DNA from: Carcharhinus amblyrhynchos
Lineage: Eukaryota
Reading direction: 5' to 3'
Length of the DNA: 64,000 nucleotides
Assembly (NCBI GenBank): GCA_965287045.1
Contig: OZ336880.1
Coordinates: 4,712,001 to 4,776,000, forward strand
In this document: positions 9,251 to 23,899 of the stretch, one piece after another
How positions within the stretch are numbered: position 1 is the first letter of the stretch
How the letters are laid out: every line of letters starts with the position of its first letter
Made by a program: the position numbers and the translations under genes
Notes under the pieces: model-generated
Told to the model about the DNA's origin: nothing
Seen by the model: only the letters and a program-made list of their open reading frames with translations
Database searches by the model: none

Positions 9251-12200
9251 TGCAGCTGTGCTGCCTCAGGATCTTGTAGGCCCACATTTCCCAGCTCAGG
9301 ATTTCTGAAATTTTAACTGTGACCTAGCTTTTTTCTGACGCCAGGCCTTGACCAGCTAGATTGGGAACAGATTCAGCTTGACTGTTATAAATTATCTAAA
9401 TTATGCAGCAAAGGGATTTGAAGGTTGGAGCAGCTTTAATTGACTTTAATTAGCCTCAGTCCCTCAAGTTAGAGAAAGGAAAGTTGACCGCAATTTTGAC
9501 CTGTGATTGCCTTTGCAGTTGAATGGCCAGTTGGTCATTTGGAGACCAGATACAGACACAGTGGGCTGAATGATCTCCTGTGCTCTCAGTGATCAAAGTA
9601 CTCTCTTAAATAATAGCATTTTGGGAAGGTGGTTTTGGAACATGTGTGCCTGCAAATAAATTTCTTAGTAAAGGAAGAGAGCACTTTTGAGAAAAGTTAT
9701 ACCTTGTAAATGTTGATCCCTAGCTCTTTAATCTGAGCCAACTGTAATATTCAAACTCAATGTATAATATTATAATGGCACATTTCTGCTAGGATACTGC
9801 CATATGGAACACTAAACACACTGATAAGAGAGGATTATTTTATACATTTAGTTGTACAGCTTTTGAAATGTTTCGGCTATTAGCTTACTTTTGATGCAAG
9901 CTTACTTTATGCCATGATATATTCACAGTAAAGAAAAAGTATGAGCTGTTTCCTTTCTATCATTCATTGTCAATGGGTCAATATGAGATAAAACACTGGT
10001 TAATGCATTTTTATTACTGAACGTCCTTAGTAACACATTGTGATTTTTAATAGATTATTGATTAAAATTATATAAATGTGATTTTGACTATTGAGAGACA
10101 TTTGGTATTTTCACAACATTGTTGAAGTTCACACATGTTCCTTCTGAGATAGAGATTATGCATTGCAGTTCTGATGCACAAGGGCATTTATTGTTTTATA
10201 TAGGAAAGAAAGAATAGCGATATTTGTAAAATAATCTTCCAGTTAACCATTGTTTAGTTAAAGTTCTGCATAAAATTGCTGATTGCAGTTCAGGAACCTG
10301 ATTACTGTTGTTCAGCTCTCTCCAGTTGTAGAATGCATCATTCACTTTCAAAAGGATGCACAATCTAACTTAAGCCTCCCAAACACTGACTATTAATGGG
10401 CCTGCTTTGAATTCTAAGTCGGAATGATTGAGTTTTCTTTGCAGAGTAAATCAGCATTTTCAGTTGTCTTGATAATGCAAAAGAAATGAAGTTCAATGTT
10501 GTAATTCTTCATTAGAAAGTATGCTTAAAAACCTGATATTTACACTGTAGAAATTCACATTAGCTGTGTTTAAGTGATTGTAATTTACTTGCTAATTCTT
10601 GAGGCAGTATTTCTAAAAATAAGGAGCAAGCTGCTTTCCAGTGCAGGTTTTAAGGATCTCTCTTTTGGTGGTTGTTGTCACTTAATTCTGCAGTTTCTTG
10701 ATTTTCTCACTACAGAACAGCAATACAGTGGAACTCTGAGTATAACAATGAAGGTAAGAAAAAGGTGCAATCAAACAATTAATACAATTACCATAGATTG
10801 TTGTATTATATATTGGTAGGAACATACCAGTTTGTTTTTGTGTTAGAGAGCACAAGAGATGCCCTAGGTGTGACAAATATGAGAATTTGCTAAAATTAAT
10901 TAAAAGCCAATCATCTTTTATTTAATATGACCTAAGGGGTAAATTGGCTATTTCCCAGAGATACTCCAACTTTTTATGGTCGGACCCAGCTGTAATACAA
11001 TAAGAAGTTAGATCAAAATGCTGTTACGATATTAGATATGATCAGGATGAGCGAATAATTACTAGAAGAGTTCAGACATCATTTTACTGTTCTGCCACAT
11101 TGGCATAGTGATTGGAAGTATCAGGATGATTCATTTCTTTCTAATTGGCATTGGTCATACCTGTGTACAATATACCTGGCACTATGATGTCTTCAAATCG
11201 ATAAATGACATTGCATTTGCTCCTGGGATAGTTCAATTGTTAAATGAGACCAGTGTGTTACATGGAACGTAAATGGGTACATGGGAAGTGTGGCATAATA
11301 TTTATGTAGCTGCTGCGTTTGTAATCAAGTGCAAAGCAAGGTAACAAATATAAAACAGCATATGGTATTGTGTAATGTGGTCTTTGTTGTGGTATAATGT
11401 AAAATATTTTCTGCTACATCTCCAATATTGTAACATGAAAGAGGAAACATGTTACAAACTCCCACCAAAATCTAATTATAGAATTGTTATAGCACCGAAG
11501 AAGGCCAAACAATGTGACATGTCTATACTGAAAGAGCTAGTCCCATTCTCCCATCTTTTCCCAGGCCCAGCAGATTTCTCTCATGTGCATTTCCATTCCC
11601 CTTTAGAAAGTTACAATTGAATCTACTTCCACCACACTCGGGCTGTGCATTCCAGAATCTAACAACCTCATTGCATAAAAATGTTTTTCGTCATGTCACC
11701 ATTGAATCTTTTTGCAGTTGCCTAAAATTGGTGTGTTCTGGTTTTCAACCCTTCCACAAATGGAACAGTTACACTCTGTTTACTCTTTCCAGGCCCCTCA
11801 TAATTTTGGACACCTTTATCAAATCTCTCAACCTTTTCTTTTCCATTATGTTCACAGTCCAATATAAGTTAACTCTTTTCACAGGATATCAATGAATGGG
11901 CTTGAGCTATGAAGATTAAGTGCAAATGTAAATGACTGAAGACTAGGACAGAGCTATTCAAACTGGGTGTGAGACAAGATTTTGAGGTTGTGAGCTCCGA
12001 AGTAGTAATGGCTGCTGTGGCACTAAAACTGACATTGTGAGGCTCCTCTAAATCCTTGCTTTTTTATTATTGGTGGGCATAGCATAATTGACTGCCCTCT
12101 TGAGGTCCCAATTGCTGATTCAAAAAAAAGCCTGTAAATAGGTACAAGTATTGATTTTTTTTTGTGTAGAGAAAAACTTACTTCCCACTATGAGGAAGGT

Positions 12201-13109
12201 GGGGTAGAAGAAAGTTAATGAGAGGGGCATGATCAATGCTTTACCCCCCCCCCCCCCTTCAAATTTTTATCCTGTGGTGGTCACACAAAGTCTGGGATAT
12301 TTCAAATTGGTCACACTGGGGAAAAAGTTTGGGAAGTGCTAGGCTAGGAACCTGTTTGATACTAGGATGGTGAGGATGTCAAGCTAAGGAAGTCAAGTTA
12401 GTGTTTTTATTGCATCCCTTTTTGAGAAAGGAGGAGGTTTCAATCATTTGGTGTGTTGGATAGTTGGTAATGGAGCTGGATTGTCTTATTTCATGCTCTT
12501 TATTTAGCTCAGCAGAGAATTTTAATTTCTCTGAAAATAGAAGGCGACGTTATTCCTAAAGAAACTATTGACATTAATTTGAGTTGTCAGATGTTTGTAA
12601 CTTTAATAAGCATTGCTTTTATAGTTTGTAAATCAGATTGAATAATTACAACTCCACTGCGTTTAATTTTACTTTTTGTAAACTGCGTTCTTAGCACTGG
12701 TAAAAACGTTTATCAACAGGGAAACAGCAAATCAAATGAACTAGTGTCTGCTATTTAATGCACAAGGGAAGAAATACTCAAAAAGCAGAATTGAAATTTT
12801 GATAATTTTTATTGATTTGAAATATAAATACAGCTTGTGCCTCATTACTATTTCTTATGTGTTTATATTAAAACATATGCTGAAATATTGCCTGGCTCTT
12901 GATTACTGTTTTCTAGCAGGACATGGCATACTTTAATTGCTTTAAAACAGATTGGAGCATGAGCCAGGAGGCAATGTAGTGCTCATTATATGAAGGTGTT
13001 AAGTTGGGTTAAAATTTCTTTATGTTTCAACATTGGCTTAAAAGTTGCAGATGTTTTAAAATAAACTTTACGTCAGATTATACTTTAATGAGGTTATATC
13101 ATTTAATGA

Positions 13110-13330
13110 GTGCCTTCATGGATTGACTGCGTAAGTCCAAAGATATGCAGATTAGGTGAATTGGACATGCTAAATTTCCTTTAGTATCCAGGGATGAGCA
13201 AGTTAGGGGAATTAATGGGGTAAATGCGTGGGGTTACAGGAATAGGACGGGGGTGGGCCTAGGCAAAGATGCTCTGTTGGAGAGTCAGTGTAGAATTGAT
13301 GATCACTGTAGGGATCCTGTGATTCTATAA
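13110..13330 (+). mobile_element. HE1/V-SINE-like SINE, 5'-truncated
   Basis: Core gtccaaagatatgcagattaggtgaattggacatgctaaat and tail cactgtagggat...attctat. Confidence 0.8.
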
Positions 13331-16300
13331 AGTGTACAGTTTGTTGATGTACACTCAGAAGATTTGTTGAGGTAAAGGCACGAGAATTGGAGTGAAAGCT
13401 CTTTCAAAGAGTTGGCACAGCTAGAATGGACTAAATGGCCGTCACCTGTTCTGTGTCGTTCTACGTCTGTGATGAACACCAGTTGGATTTCGAAGAGACG
13501 AACAAAAATGCCCAGCCTGTCTGCAGTATTCCATATCCAAAAGCCACTGCTTGGTGAAAGTAAAATTTCTGGTATCCCAGAAAGTGAATACCCAGGGGCT
13601 TAAAACAATATTTATCTGTCAGATACTCAATTTTCTCATTGTAGGTTGACATCTAAACCTGTTGATGAGATTAAATCAATAGTTTATCGTCCAAAATGTC
13701 TGCTTTTTTTTTATTGAAGCAATCTAAGGTTACTTGTATCACTGTGTTCTTTCCCCAGAACCCACTCTGCATCAAGCCTTTATACATTACGTTAAAGTAT
13801 ATAATGTCCCCTGTCTCAACTGTTTCCCCGAGACAAAGTATTTCATGCTCCGTTTTGTCCATGTGAAAACATTTCTCTTAACCTAATGCTGTGTAATATG
13901 TTAGCCACAGTCACATTGCTGCTGATTGTAAAGTACATTTACCTTTATTGTGTATGTATGTTGTTTTCTACCAGCATTTGCTCATACAGAAACATAGGAA
14001 CAGCAGTAGAGTCATTTAGAGCCTCAAACCTTTTCAATGAGGGTATGGCTGATGTGCAACTGAGTGTCATATTTGCATTTGCCTCATATCTCTTAGAGTT
14101 GTGTTAGCAGCATTGTCAATTCAAAAGCAAAACACTACAGCTTCTGGAAATCTGAAATAAAAACAGAAAATGCTGGAAATACTCAGCAGGTGTAGGAGAG
14201 GGAATCAGAGCTGATGGATGGATTATTCCAAAATAAATGCTGACTCTGCCGAGAAAACTGGTGTGCAAATTCCCAGCTGTGCAGCTGGCTTTTCTTCCCA
14301 GATATTCTGGCAATTAAAGTTTTTTTAAAAAGTCTGATGCAGTTACGTTGGTTGGACAGAGTCTCATAGAGCTGGCATTGCCACAGAGACAGAGAACCTC
14401 CTATACACACTAGGGCAACCCGTCCCCTCTTGGATAAGGGGGCCCTGCACATACATACACACCTGGATAAAACCCCTCCCCCACAGCTAAGGGGTAACCT
14501 CACCTCACAAGCGTCAATGTCATGCTGGTGAGATATAAATATTCAGTGAGGGGAACAGCATATGGTGGGGAAGCCCTTTAATTAGATATACTTTTATTAC
14601 AATTTATTGAAATGCAGCTTCCACCCTTTCTGGATGTATATTTGGACCTGGAAATCTCTTTGGACTGGCACTGCTATAGCTTACCACCATTCAGAAAGCA
14701 CTGTTTTCTATCCTTTTTAGATCCAAAGTGGTTCAATTGATTTATCACACCAACAATTTATATTGAATATCTCTCCCTAGTAATCCTTTAATTCTCAAAT
14801 CTTCAGTAAGAGATGTGCTCAATTATAGTTTCCCATTCTTGGTGCCATCCTGGTGAAATATGCTACACTGACCTTGATGTTCTTTGGAAATTGGGTACTC
14901 AATGACAGCAATCCTAACTGTGACTGATCCTTTTTTGTATAAATTTATCATTACTTATTTACTCTTGGCCCCTATTTTTAAAACCCAAACTCTGTCAATC
15001 TTTTTTTTCTTGCTTTATCTCCTGATACTTGCACCTCCAAGGAATTGGTATTTTGAGCTCTTGAGCTTCATCCGTCTGCATTTGGAAGTGCCCATTTGAT
15101 CAGTGGTTCCCAACCAATGTACCATGACATTATAAAAGGTGGGGATTAGATTGTTGGTTAAGAGCATTTGAACAAATAACATCGCTAAAATAGTTTGGCT
15201 GTTGTTTTCATTGCTAATTGTGGAATCTTGCTGTATGCAAGTTCACATGCTACACTTCTCTATTTTACAACAATGTCTGCAGTTCAAAAGTATTTAATTG
15301 GTTGTGAAGTACTTCGTAATGTTCTGAAATTGTGAAAGATAGAATGCAAAAGTTTTTATTGTGTTTTTGTTTGTTTACTGAAGCTAATCTTTTAATTGTG
15401 ATGCTCAGCTGTGCTGCAATTGGACTCCTTCCGTTGATTTACACTTGTGAATAATGTTTTTAGTTTTGCAATAAATTGTAGAATCTGAATGTGCCTGCTT
15501 ATTGTACACTGCAAACTGAAGATGCTGGGAATTATCAACAGGTCTGGTGATGTCTATAGAGAAGAAACCAAGTTAATGTTTAGGTTGAAGTCCTTTCATC
15601 AGAACTGGAAGTTGTTATTAGGCTTAAGTTTACAAGCAAGCATAGAAGCAAAGGAAATGGTTGAGGGGGAAGGTATGTGATGGAGTGGAGGACAGGAGTG
15701 ATTAAATGGCAGCAGGGATGATAGTGCAAAGAAGCAATAGAGAATCAGATGATGAGTTCAGAGTTATAAATGGATACACCAGAAACATTACCAGTACCAC
15801 CACCGAAAAGTGAACGTATATGTTGATCGCAGGAAATGGGTGAGAACTTTGGCTTGAGGTGCATGAATGATAGAAATGTCTGTTAGCATGTATGGATCTG
15901 AAGCACAAAAGCAGAACTTAATTTGGAATTCATATGTAGTGCCTTGGATAATATGCCAAGGAAAGAGGTGTGTCTGTGAAAGTGAGTTTTACTGGTTACC
16001 TGAACAACCACAAGAAGGAAAACAGAAATAACCAAGGTGAACCATGTAAGAAATGGAAACTCAGTTGAGTGATCAGAACTACTTCAAGGTGGACATTCCT
16101 GGAAGTGGAGCAGAATAAATTAATCTAAAGCAAAATCCTGGAAACCTGATATTTAAAACAGAACATGTGAGAAACACCCAGCACCTTAGGCTGCATCTGT
16201 GGCTGTGAACATCTTTAAAATTTTAGCTCTCTCCCTCCTTCTGTTTAAAGGATAACTGTCTAATAGTGCCCTTGCATGCCTTTCTAATTATTCTACTGAG

Positions 16301-17189
16301 GTGAAGGCTTTGTGTCTATAGTTAATTCTTCCCCTGTAGTTAAACTTTAAATGTTTGTAGAATGCAGTGACTACTTTCCAAACATTTAAGTGAAACAAGG
16401 TACGTTTAAAATTGCCCAAGAATTTTGCAGAGCTTCCAAGGTATTTTAAATCTCTCACAGTTCATATTGTTTCAGACCAAGCAGTTTGAGACTGCATCAT
16501 CCTGTCAATCACATCCTTCCTCTATGGTATGTGGGTTCGATCTGGGATAAGGATTTACATTACAATTTTTACGTTGCACAAATAATTTTGTAACCATGCT
16601 AAAATTGTAGGATAAACATTATCAAAATAAACTCATTTAAAGATCTCAACCATGGCCATAGGGACGGGATCTGGAATTCTTTAACAATTTTCTCTAGTGG
16701 TTTGCCTAGAATGTGATATTTTTCCAACTTCTTATTCAGTCCTCATTTAATATTTTCCATATTTTATGGCAGTGGTCAGATGAGGGTAAAGCTTTCTGTG
16801 AATGTTCCTTTTTCACTACGTTATCTAGACATTTAAATTTATTGAGTTAGTTCTGAACTAGTCACATCAGCTGAAAGTTTTAATGTCTTCTGAATAGATT
16901 GTTGGCTTGGTGATATTTTTGCAGCATTATGGACATTTCTGTGTTGTGGATTTTGATCTGTTAATGGTGGCCCTACTGCCTTAAAGAGATTTTTTTCAGT
17001 TGCTCTAGATGGAATTGATCTGAAGTGGGATAGTACTTTCTCAGCTCAACTCAGCCAGTGTGCGCAACAAAGCTTGTTGTAAACTTTTTTTATTAAGTGA
17101 TGCCTTTATGATTCACCATTGTAGCATTGGCTTATTAATGTACTATTCTTTCAAATTAGTACAGAATAGGGAGGGTAGAGTCTAAAGAG

Positions 17190-17470
17190 TCCATACAGTG
17201 CTCAAGGTGGCCATTTGGCCTATTGAGCCTGCACCGACGACAATCCCATTGACAATCCCCTATCCGCGTAACCTCACGCGCTTACCCTCCAATCCCCCGA
17301 CACTAAATATGGCCAATCCATCTAACCTGTATATCTTGGAATGTGGGAGGGAACTGGAGGACCCAGAGGAAATGGGGGGAATGTACAAACTCCAAACAGA
17401 TGGTCACCCAAGGCTGAAATTGAACCCGTGTCCCTGGCACCGTGAGGCAGCAGTGCTGATCACTGTGTCA
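17190..17470 (-). mobile_element. HE1/V-SINE-like SINE
   Basis: Reverse complement of the same head, core and CR1-like tail. Confidence 0.82.
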
Positions 17471-17959
17471 CTCGTGGTAAGTGGTTATAGCCATCTAGTT
17501 TTGATTGAAAGTGTCATTTTGGCAGTGCACTGAACGACGTGTTTGTCTTTGACTGAAATCACCGAAATATGAATGTTAGAGAAACCTAAGAAGTTAGGCC
17601 AGGAGAAATTCATGAAATATAGAGGTAATTCTGGATATGTGGTTTAGATTGCCTTGCTGTATATTAATGGATTTATGTGACTATACATAATGTTAATGAC
17701 TGGTGGACCCTGCTGCATCTCATGACCAACTAGCTCAATTTATCACTAAATACTCTTTTCCACCATATTTGTGATGCCTTTTTTTGTTTTCAAATTCACT
17801 GGAGTGTTATTAGAAAATTTCAGACATTGTATATTGCTTATAAAGCCTAGTCTCTGTAACACTGATATAACACAATATTTTTAAAAATTCTGCTGGAGAC
17901 TGTGCTAATGAAATGAAGCAAATCAATCATAATGTTGCATGTACATTATTCGTTTTTAA

Positions 17960-18300
17960 TCAGTGGCCTTGTGCTCCCTATCTCTGCTATCTCCTTCAGC
18001 TGTACAACTTGCTCCAGTCCCACAACGCTGAGATATCTGCTGTCATCTAATTCTGGCCTTAAGGATCCTCAATTTTAATCATTCTACCATTGGTTTCTAT
18101 GCCTTCAGCTGCTGAGACCCTAAGCTCTGGAATTCCCTCCCTACACCACTGTCTTTCTACCTTGCTTTCCTATAAGACAGTCCTAAAAACTTGACAAACT
18201 GTTTTTGACCTAACTTTAATATCTCCTTAAGTGGTTTGGTGTCAAGTTTTGTTCTATAATGCCCCTGTGAAGTTCCTTGGAACACTTTTATATGGCATCT
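17960..18300 (+). mobile_element. L2-like LINE 3' end
   Basis: Similar to 8150-8480 (gccttcagctg...aagctctggaattc...ataatgcccctgtgaag). Confidence 0.65.
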
Positions 18301-19504
18301 TCAACATATTAATAAACAATTTTTTAATAAACAAGCTTGTGGGATAATATTGTGCATCTCTTATGCTGCTATATATGTACTGATACAGTTTCTGTAAGAA
18401 ACCAATTTTAATGTTTGTTGCACTTATTCATGCAAACTATGCTTATTCAAAATATTTGCATCTTGAGCACCAGTGCCAGACAGTACAGCATTATCTAAAA
18501 AAAATGCTGTATTGCAATGGCAAGCATCACTGAAATTTGAAGTTGAATATATTTAATATTGTATGTCTGAGATCTTGCTTTGAAGTACTAATGCTTTTGT
18601 CTACTTCAGATTTAAAGTCTAATAGTGTTGTACACTACATTAGTCACTGCCTTGTAAATTAGGAATCCAAATGCAGCTAATTGTAATTTTGTTTAATAAA
18701 TGTGTAATTGTTGGGCACATGATCTCAGTACTTGCATTCGATTGGATGCATGTGCTCTTTAATCATTTGTGCATTTCTCAGCAAAGCCTTTATACATTTT
18801 GATCAGTTTGCCTATTTGCTATCTGTTGAAATATTGTTTAACATGGTGGACAGTCATCATGGAAACATCAATGATAGCTTTCCTCTGTACAGAGTCAGCT
18901 TGATTGGTTGAAATAATCTCTGCGTGCCAGAAGAAGAATTAAGCTTGACCAGCAGTACAACAAGGCACACAATATGGCAAAAGAAAAGCCACATGTTCTT
19001 GAAAGCTTACTGTGGAACTAACAATTAGTATGCAAGTCAACCTCCACAGGAATGACTTTGACGAAGTTAGATTACCTCCATCACTACCGGACAGAGCCTT
19101 AGATGCTGCAATTTGTGCACATTTGTGTTGTGTGTGATAGATTCATGCCTGAATTCCAAACTTTGAAGGAGAAACACTGCAGAGTTGTTAAGTAAGCATG
19201 CACAAGAAGAATATTTACCCATACTTGTATAAGGTGTTTTTCATTTAAGATTAGTGCATGTGGCAGTGTTACCTCAGCCATTGGTCTAGAATAGAGTGGA
19301 AATTTTATTTGTAAAATGATACACATCATCTTGACCGCTTTTCTTGTTTAGTGTGGTGCATTTATTTTGTGAAAAAAATCATACAATTTGGTAATAGATT
19401 ATTGTTGACCATGAGATTAACCTTGATAATTGTCTAGTTGCTAACAGCAGGAATCCTGTTCAGGCAAAGTGCAGCCATTAATCTAAGCACTTTGTTCTCT
19501 TTAG

Positions 19505-19581
19505 GAAGTTACAGCCAGCAGTCGTCATTATGTTGACCGGCTCTTTGATCCTGACCCCCAGAAGGTGTTGCAAGGTGTTAT
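19505..19581 (+). CDS. ARMC8: ARMC8 exon 2 ([26 protein letters not shown])
   Basis: ttctctttag| acceptor, |GTAAGT donor, 77 nt, in frame with exon 1. Confidence 0.96.
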
Positions 19582-20485
19582 GTAAGTACTATATGAGGAT
19601 ATGTAATCCATCTCTTCTGGATCCTTGGGTAAACTTCATTACAGTTTGTAAACTATGTCTCACTTGTGATAAACCAATCAGTCACATAGACTGCAGTTAA
19701 TTAATTTAATGACAATCTATAATGCAGACCATAAATTTAACTTTTGGGAATGAATGAACAAATGGTCTCAGTTGTGGCAATTAAAGATACTTTGATGTTC
19801 TTTATATGCAAGTGGTTTTATGGAAATAGCTACATACAAAATATTCAGAATCTTGGTTGAAAACCATAATTATGTGTTTTTTCAACATGCATGATGCTTC
19901 GATTTAAAGTACTGAAGAGAACCACATTTAAATGATCTCCAGATTATAATAAATAACAATGGAAGTGTTATCTTAATCAGTCTTGTAAACAATGGCTGCA
20001 GATCTCGTTTCAAAAGAAGAGGCTTAATACATGGTTCCAATGAGTTTTGACTGAAATATCATTTTGTTTGGTTTGCATTGTCAACCTAGAGGGAAATACC
20101 TTATTTTCCTGAAACATGAGATGAGCTTGGATCTTAAAATATCAGCGCAACAAATAGTACTTGAGTACCCCTTTAAAAGCCAAGAGTAACCTCACAAAGT
20201 ACAATAAAGAAGGGTATCCTAGAAACATATGCCACCTGAAACAGGTTTAACAGCTGGCCTAAAAATACACAAGTGGAAGACTGATGGTGGCCATATGTGG
20301 CCCACAGCCAGACTGTTGGTTCAAAATGAACACCACTGAAATTGTGGGAATAGTCCCCAGGAGCACAAATTTTGGAAACAAAATATTTTACTTTGAAATT
20401 AAACATTGAAAAGATCAAATCACTTCGCTTTTGGTGATTTTTTTTTAAAACATTGTTTTGTGTTTTTGCTTAATTTTTTGTGCAG

Positions 20486-20557
20486 TGACATGAAGAATGC
20501 TGTAATTGGAAATAACAAACAGAAAGCGAACCTGATTGTCCTGGGAGCAGTACCAAG
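20486..20557 (+). CDS. ARMC8: ARMC8 exon 3 ([24 protein letters not shown])
   Basis: tgtgcag| acceptor, |GTATTG donor, 72 nt, phases consistent. Confidence 0.96.
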
Positions 20558-20804
20558 GTATTGTGATAGTTTTATCATTCTCTATGTTCAGATCATGGGA
20601 CCAGGAGTAGGTCCTTTAGCCCCTTGTACGCGTTCTACCATTCAGTGGCTGATCTGGGACCTAACTCCATATACCCACCTTTGCCTCATTATTCCTTAAT
20701 ACCTTTGATTAACAGAAATCTATTATTCTTAGATTTTAAACTGGTCATTGACCCAGCGTAACAACCATCTGTGGGAGAGTTACAAACTTCTACCGACCAG
20801 TGTC

Positions 20805-21200
20805 AGTCATGGCTCAGTTGGTAGGGTTCTTGCCTCTGGGAGTCAGAAGGTTGTAATTTCCTAGTGCCTCTCCAGGACTTGAGAATGATAAATACTGAGG
20901 GTGTGAGGCACCGTTGGAGGTTATGTTTTTCAGAGGAGATGTTACGCAAAATCCCTGTCTGTTGTCTTAGGTAGACGATCCCATGGCGTAACTTTGAAGA
21001 AGAGCAGGAGACTTATTCCTGGAGGCTGGACCAATATTTGTACATCGATCATCGTCAAAACAAACAGATTATCTGGCCTTCAACATATTTCTATTAATGG
21101 CAGTCTGCTTTGTACAAATTAACCACCATCTTTCCTATGTTATAATAGTGACTTGGCTTCAAAAGTACTTCATCAGTTGTGAAGTGCTTTAGGACACAAA
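20805..21200 (+). mobile_element. DeuSINE/SacSINE1-like SINE
   Basis: tRNA-like head ggctcagttggtag, then gatcccatggc...gaagaagagcagg...ccaatattt...acagattatctgg and tail caaaagtacttcat. Confidence 0.7.
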
Positions 21201-21419
21201 GATTTTGAATAACTAAATAAAGGGTGTCTTCTGACTTCGTTTCTGAAAGGCTCACTTCTTATTTTTAGGCTATGTGCGCTTCTCTTGGATTCCCCAATCA
21301 GCAGGACTAGTTTCTCTTGTTCTGCGCTATCAGCTCCCTCTCAATATTTTAAATTGCAAAATAATTGCCCCGAAATCTTCCAAATGCACCAGTACTAATA
21401 AACAAATATTTAACTTTGT

Positions 21420-23190
21420 TTATTCTTTTACAAGATGTGGGTGTTACTGACTAGGCTGGTATTCATGCCCATTCCTTATTGCCTTAAGAAGGTGGTCGTG
21501 AACCCACAGGTACACCCAGAGTGCTGTTAGGAAGAGAGTTCAAGATTTTGACCCAGAACAGTGAAGGAGCAGCGATATGGTTCCAAGTCAAGGTTGTGTG
21601 TAGCTTGTAGGAGATCTTACCGTGCATCTGCTGCCCTTGTCCTTCTAAGTGATAGAGGTCACTGGTTTGGGAGGCACTGTTGAAGGAACCTTGGTGAATT
21701 GCTGTAGTGCATGTTGTAGATGGTACACACTATTGCCATTGAGCCTTGGTGGAGGGAATGAATGTTGAAGGTAGTGGATGGGGTACCAATCAAGTGGTCT
21801 GTTTTGCTGAGCTTATTGAGCATAGTTAGAGCTGGTGTCTTCCAAGTAAACAAAGAGCATTCCATCAGATTCCTGACTTATGCCTTTTATGTTGTAGACA
21901 GCTTTGGGGAATTGAAATTCGCCACGGAATTCCCAGCCTTTGACCTGCTTTTGTAACACAGCATTTATATGGCTGGTCAGTTTAGCTTCTCATCAATGGT
22001 AACCCTCAGGATATTGATAATGGAGGATTCAGCGTAAGTAATGCCATTGAATGTCAGAGGGGAATGGTGAACTTCTCTTGTTGGAGATGGTCATTGCCCA
22101 CCACTTGTTTGCCCAAGCCTGGATGTTGTCTAGATCTTGCTGCATATGGTCATGGACTGTCTCAGCACCTGAAATTACAAATTATACTGGACCTTTGCAA
22201 TCAGCAGTGAACATCCCCACTCCTGACGTTATAATAGAGAGAAAGTCATTGATGAAGCAGCTGATTTAGTTGGGCTAGGGCACTATTCTAATGAACCTTT
22301 GCAGCAATGCTGAATTAATTAAGCTGCAACAATCACAACTGTGCTCTGTTATGCTATTTATGACTAAGCAGTGGAAAGTCCACCCCCCCACTCCTCCAAT
22401 TTCCATTGACTTCAATTTTGCTAGGGCTCCTTAATGCCCCACTGACTCAAATGCTGTTTTGATGTCAAGTCACTCATCTCTTGAGATCAGCTCTTTTATC
22501 CTTCTTTGGACTAAAGCTGTAATGATCAGGACCTCGGTGGCTCTGACAGAGCCCAAACTGAGTGTCATTGAGCAGGTGAGGTGCTGTTTGATGGCACTGT
22601 TGATAACTTGTATAACTTTGATGATCGAGAGTAGACTGGTGGGGAAGTCATTGACTTAGTTGGCCTTGTCCTGCTTTTTGTGGAAAGGATATACCTGCCA
22701 AGTGAATGCCAGTGTTGTAACTTCACCGGACCAGCTTCACTAGGGGCATGGCTAGTTCTGAAGCACAAGTCTTTACTAATTCCGGAATGTTGTCAACGTC
22801 CTTAGCCATTTCAGTTTCCAGTGCCTTCAACTGTTTCTTGATATCACATGGAGTGAGTTGAATTAACTGAAAACTAGTATCTGTGACACTAGGGAACTTG
22901 GGAGGAGGCTGAGATGGAACATTGAATCGGCACTTTTAGCTGAAGCTGGTTGTCAGTCCTTTATCCTTGATTTTTGTACTGATGCACTGGGCTCCTCCAT
23001 GATTATAGATGGGGATGTTTGTGAAGCTACCTCCTCCAATTAATTGTTTAATTATACAGAACAGTTTGTGGCTAGATGTGGCAGAACTGCAGAGCTTGAA
23101 TCTGACTGGTGGTTGCGACATCACTTAGCTCTGTCTGTTGCATGCTGCCTCTGCATGCTAATAGTCCTGAGTTGTAGCTTCTCCAGGTTG
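21420..23190 (-). mobile_element. Decayed non-LTR retrotransposon (RT LINE, CR1/L2 group), 3' portion
   Basis: - strand remnants of LDIKxAF (about 22445-22470) and a VGMFADD-like motif (about 22200-22227); 3' tail shared with 42878-43405. Confidence 0.75.
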
Positions 23191-23756
23191 ACACATGAAC
23201 TTGATAACCTGCTTAGACAAGGAAGAAGTCATTGTGTGGATAAGTATTCTTTCTTGCTCCAAAGCATAAATTGCTCGTGTTTTGGGGCAAATAGGTAATT
23301 TCACTTTGCAACAACACATTTGAAGGATGGAGCATGTACAAATTTATCTTGTAATCCAAGGTGTTTTCAGAGGGACTGAGGAATTGATGTAGAACAGAGA
23401 TTTTGTTTTACTGTAACCATATGTATGTGTTGCAGTTGGGGCGCAATGTAGTTTCCTTTCCTAGCATTACCATCAACTAACTTGTGTAGGGGAAAATCTT
23501 GTCTAAAATATAGAATTTTGGGAGAGCGTCCTGCTTGTTCACTTGTGTTTGTATTAAAAGCCCTTTTCCAATAAATTAAGTGGTAATTTTAGTAAATTTT
23601 GAACTATCACATTTAAACTAAAGAGCCCTATACAGTTGATGCAATCCGCTTGAGTAATTTCTCAGGTATATTTAGGAAATATAAAATGGTTGTGTATTTC
23701 TTTTTCACTCCAACTTGAGTTTAAATATAATTTAATTGCTTTTTTTTGTTTTACAG

Positions 23757-23899
23757 ATTACTGTACCTACTACAGCAAGAGACATCGACAGTGGAACTTA
23801 AAACTGAATGCGCAGTAGTATTAGGAAGTCTTGCAATGGGCACAGAAAATAATGTCAAATCTTTGTTAGATTGCCACATAATTCCAGCATTATTACAAG
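23757..23899 (+). CDS. ARMC8: ARMC8 exon 4 ([47 protein letters not shown])
   Basis: ttttacag| acceptor, |GTAATG donor, 143 nt. Confidence 0.97.
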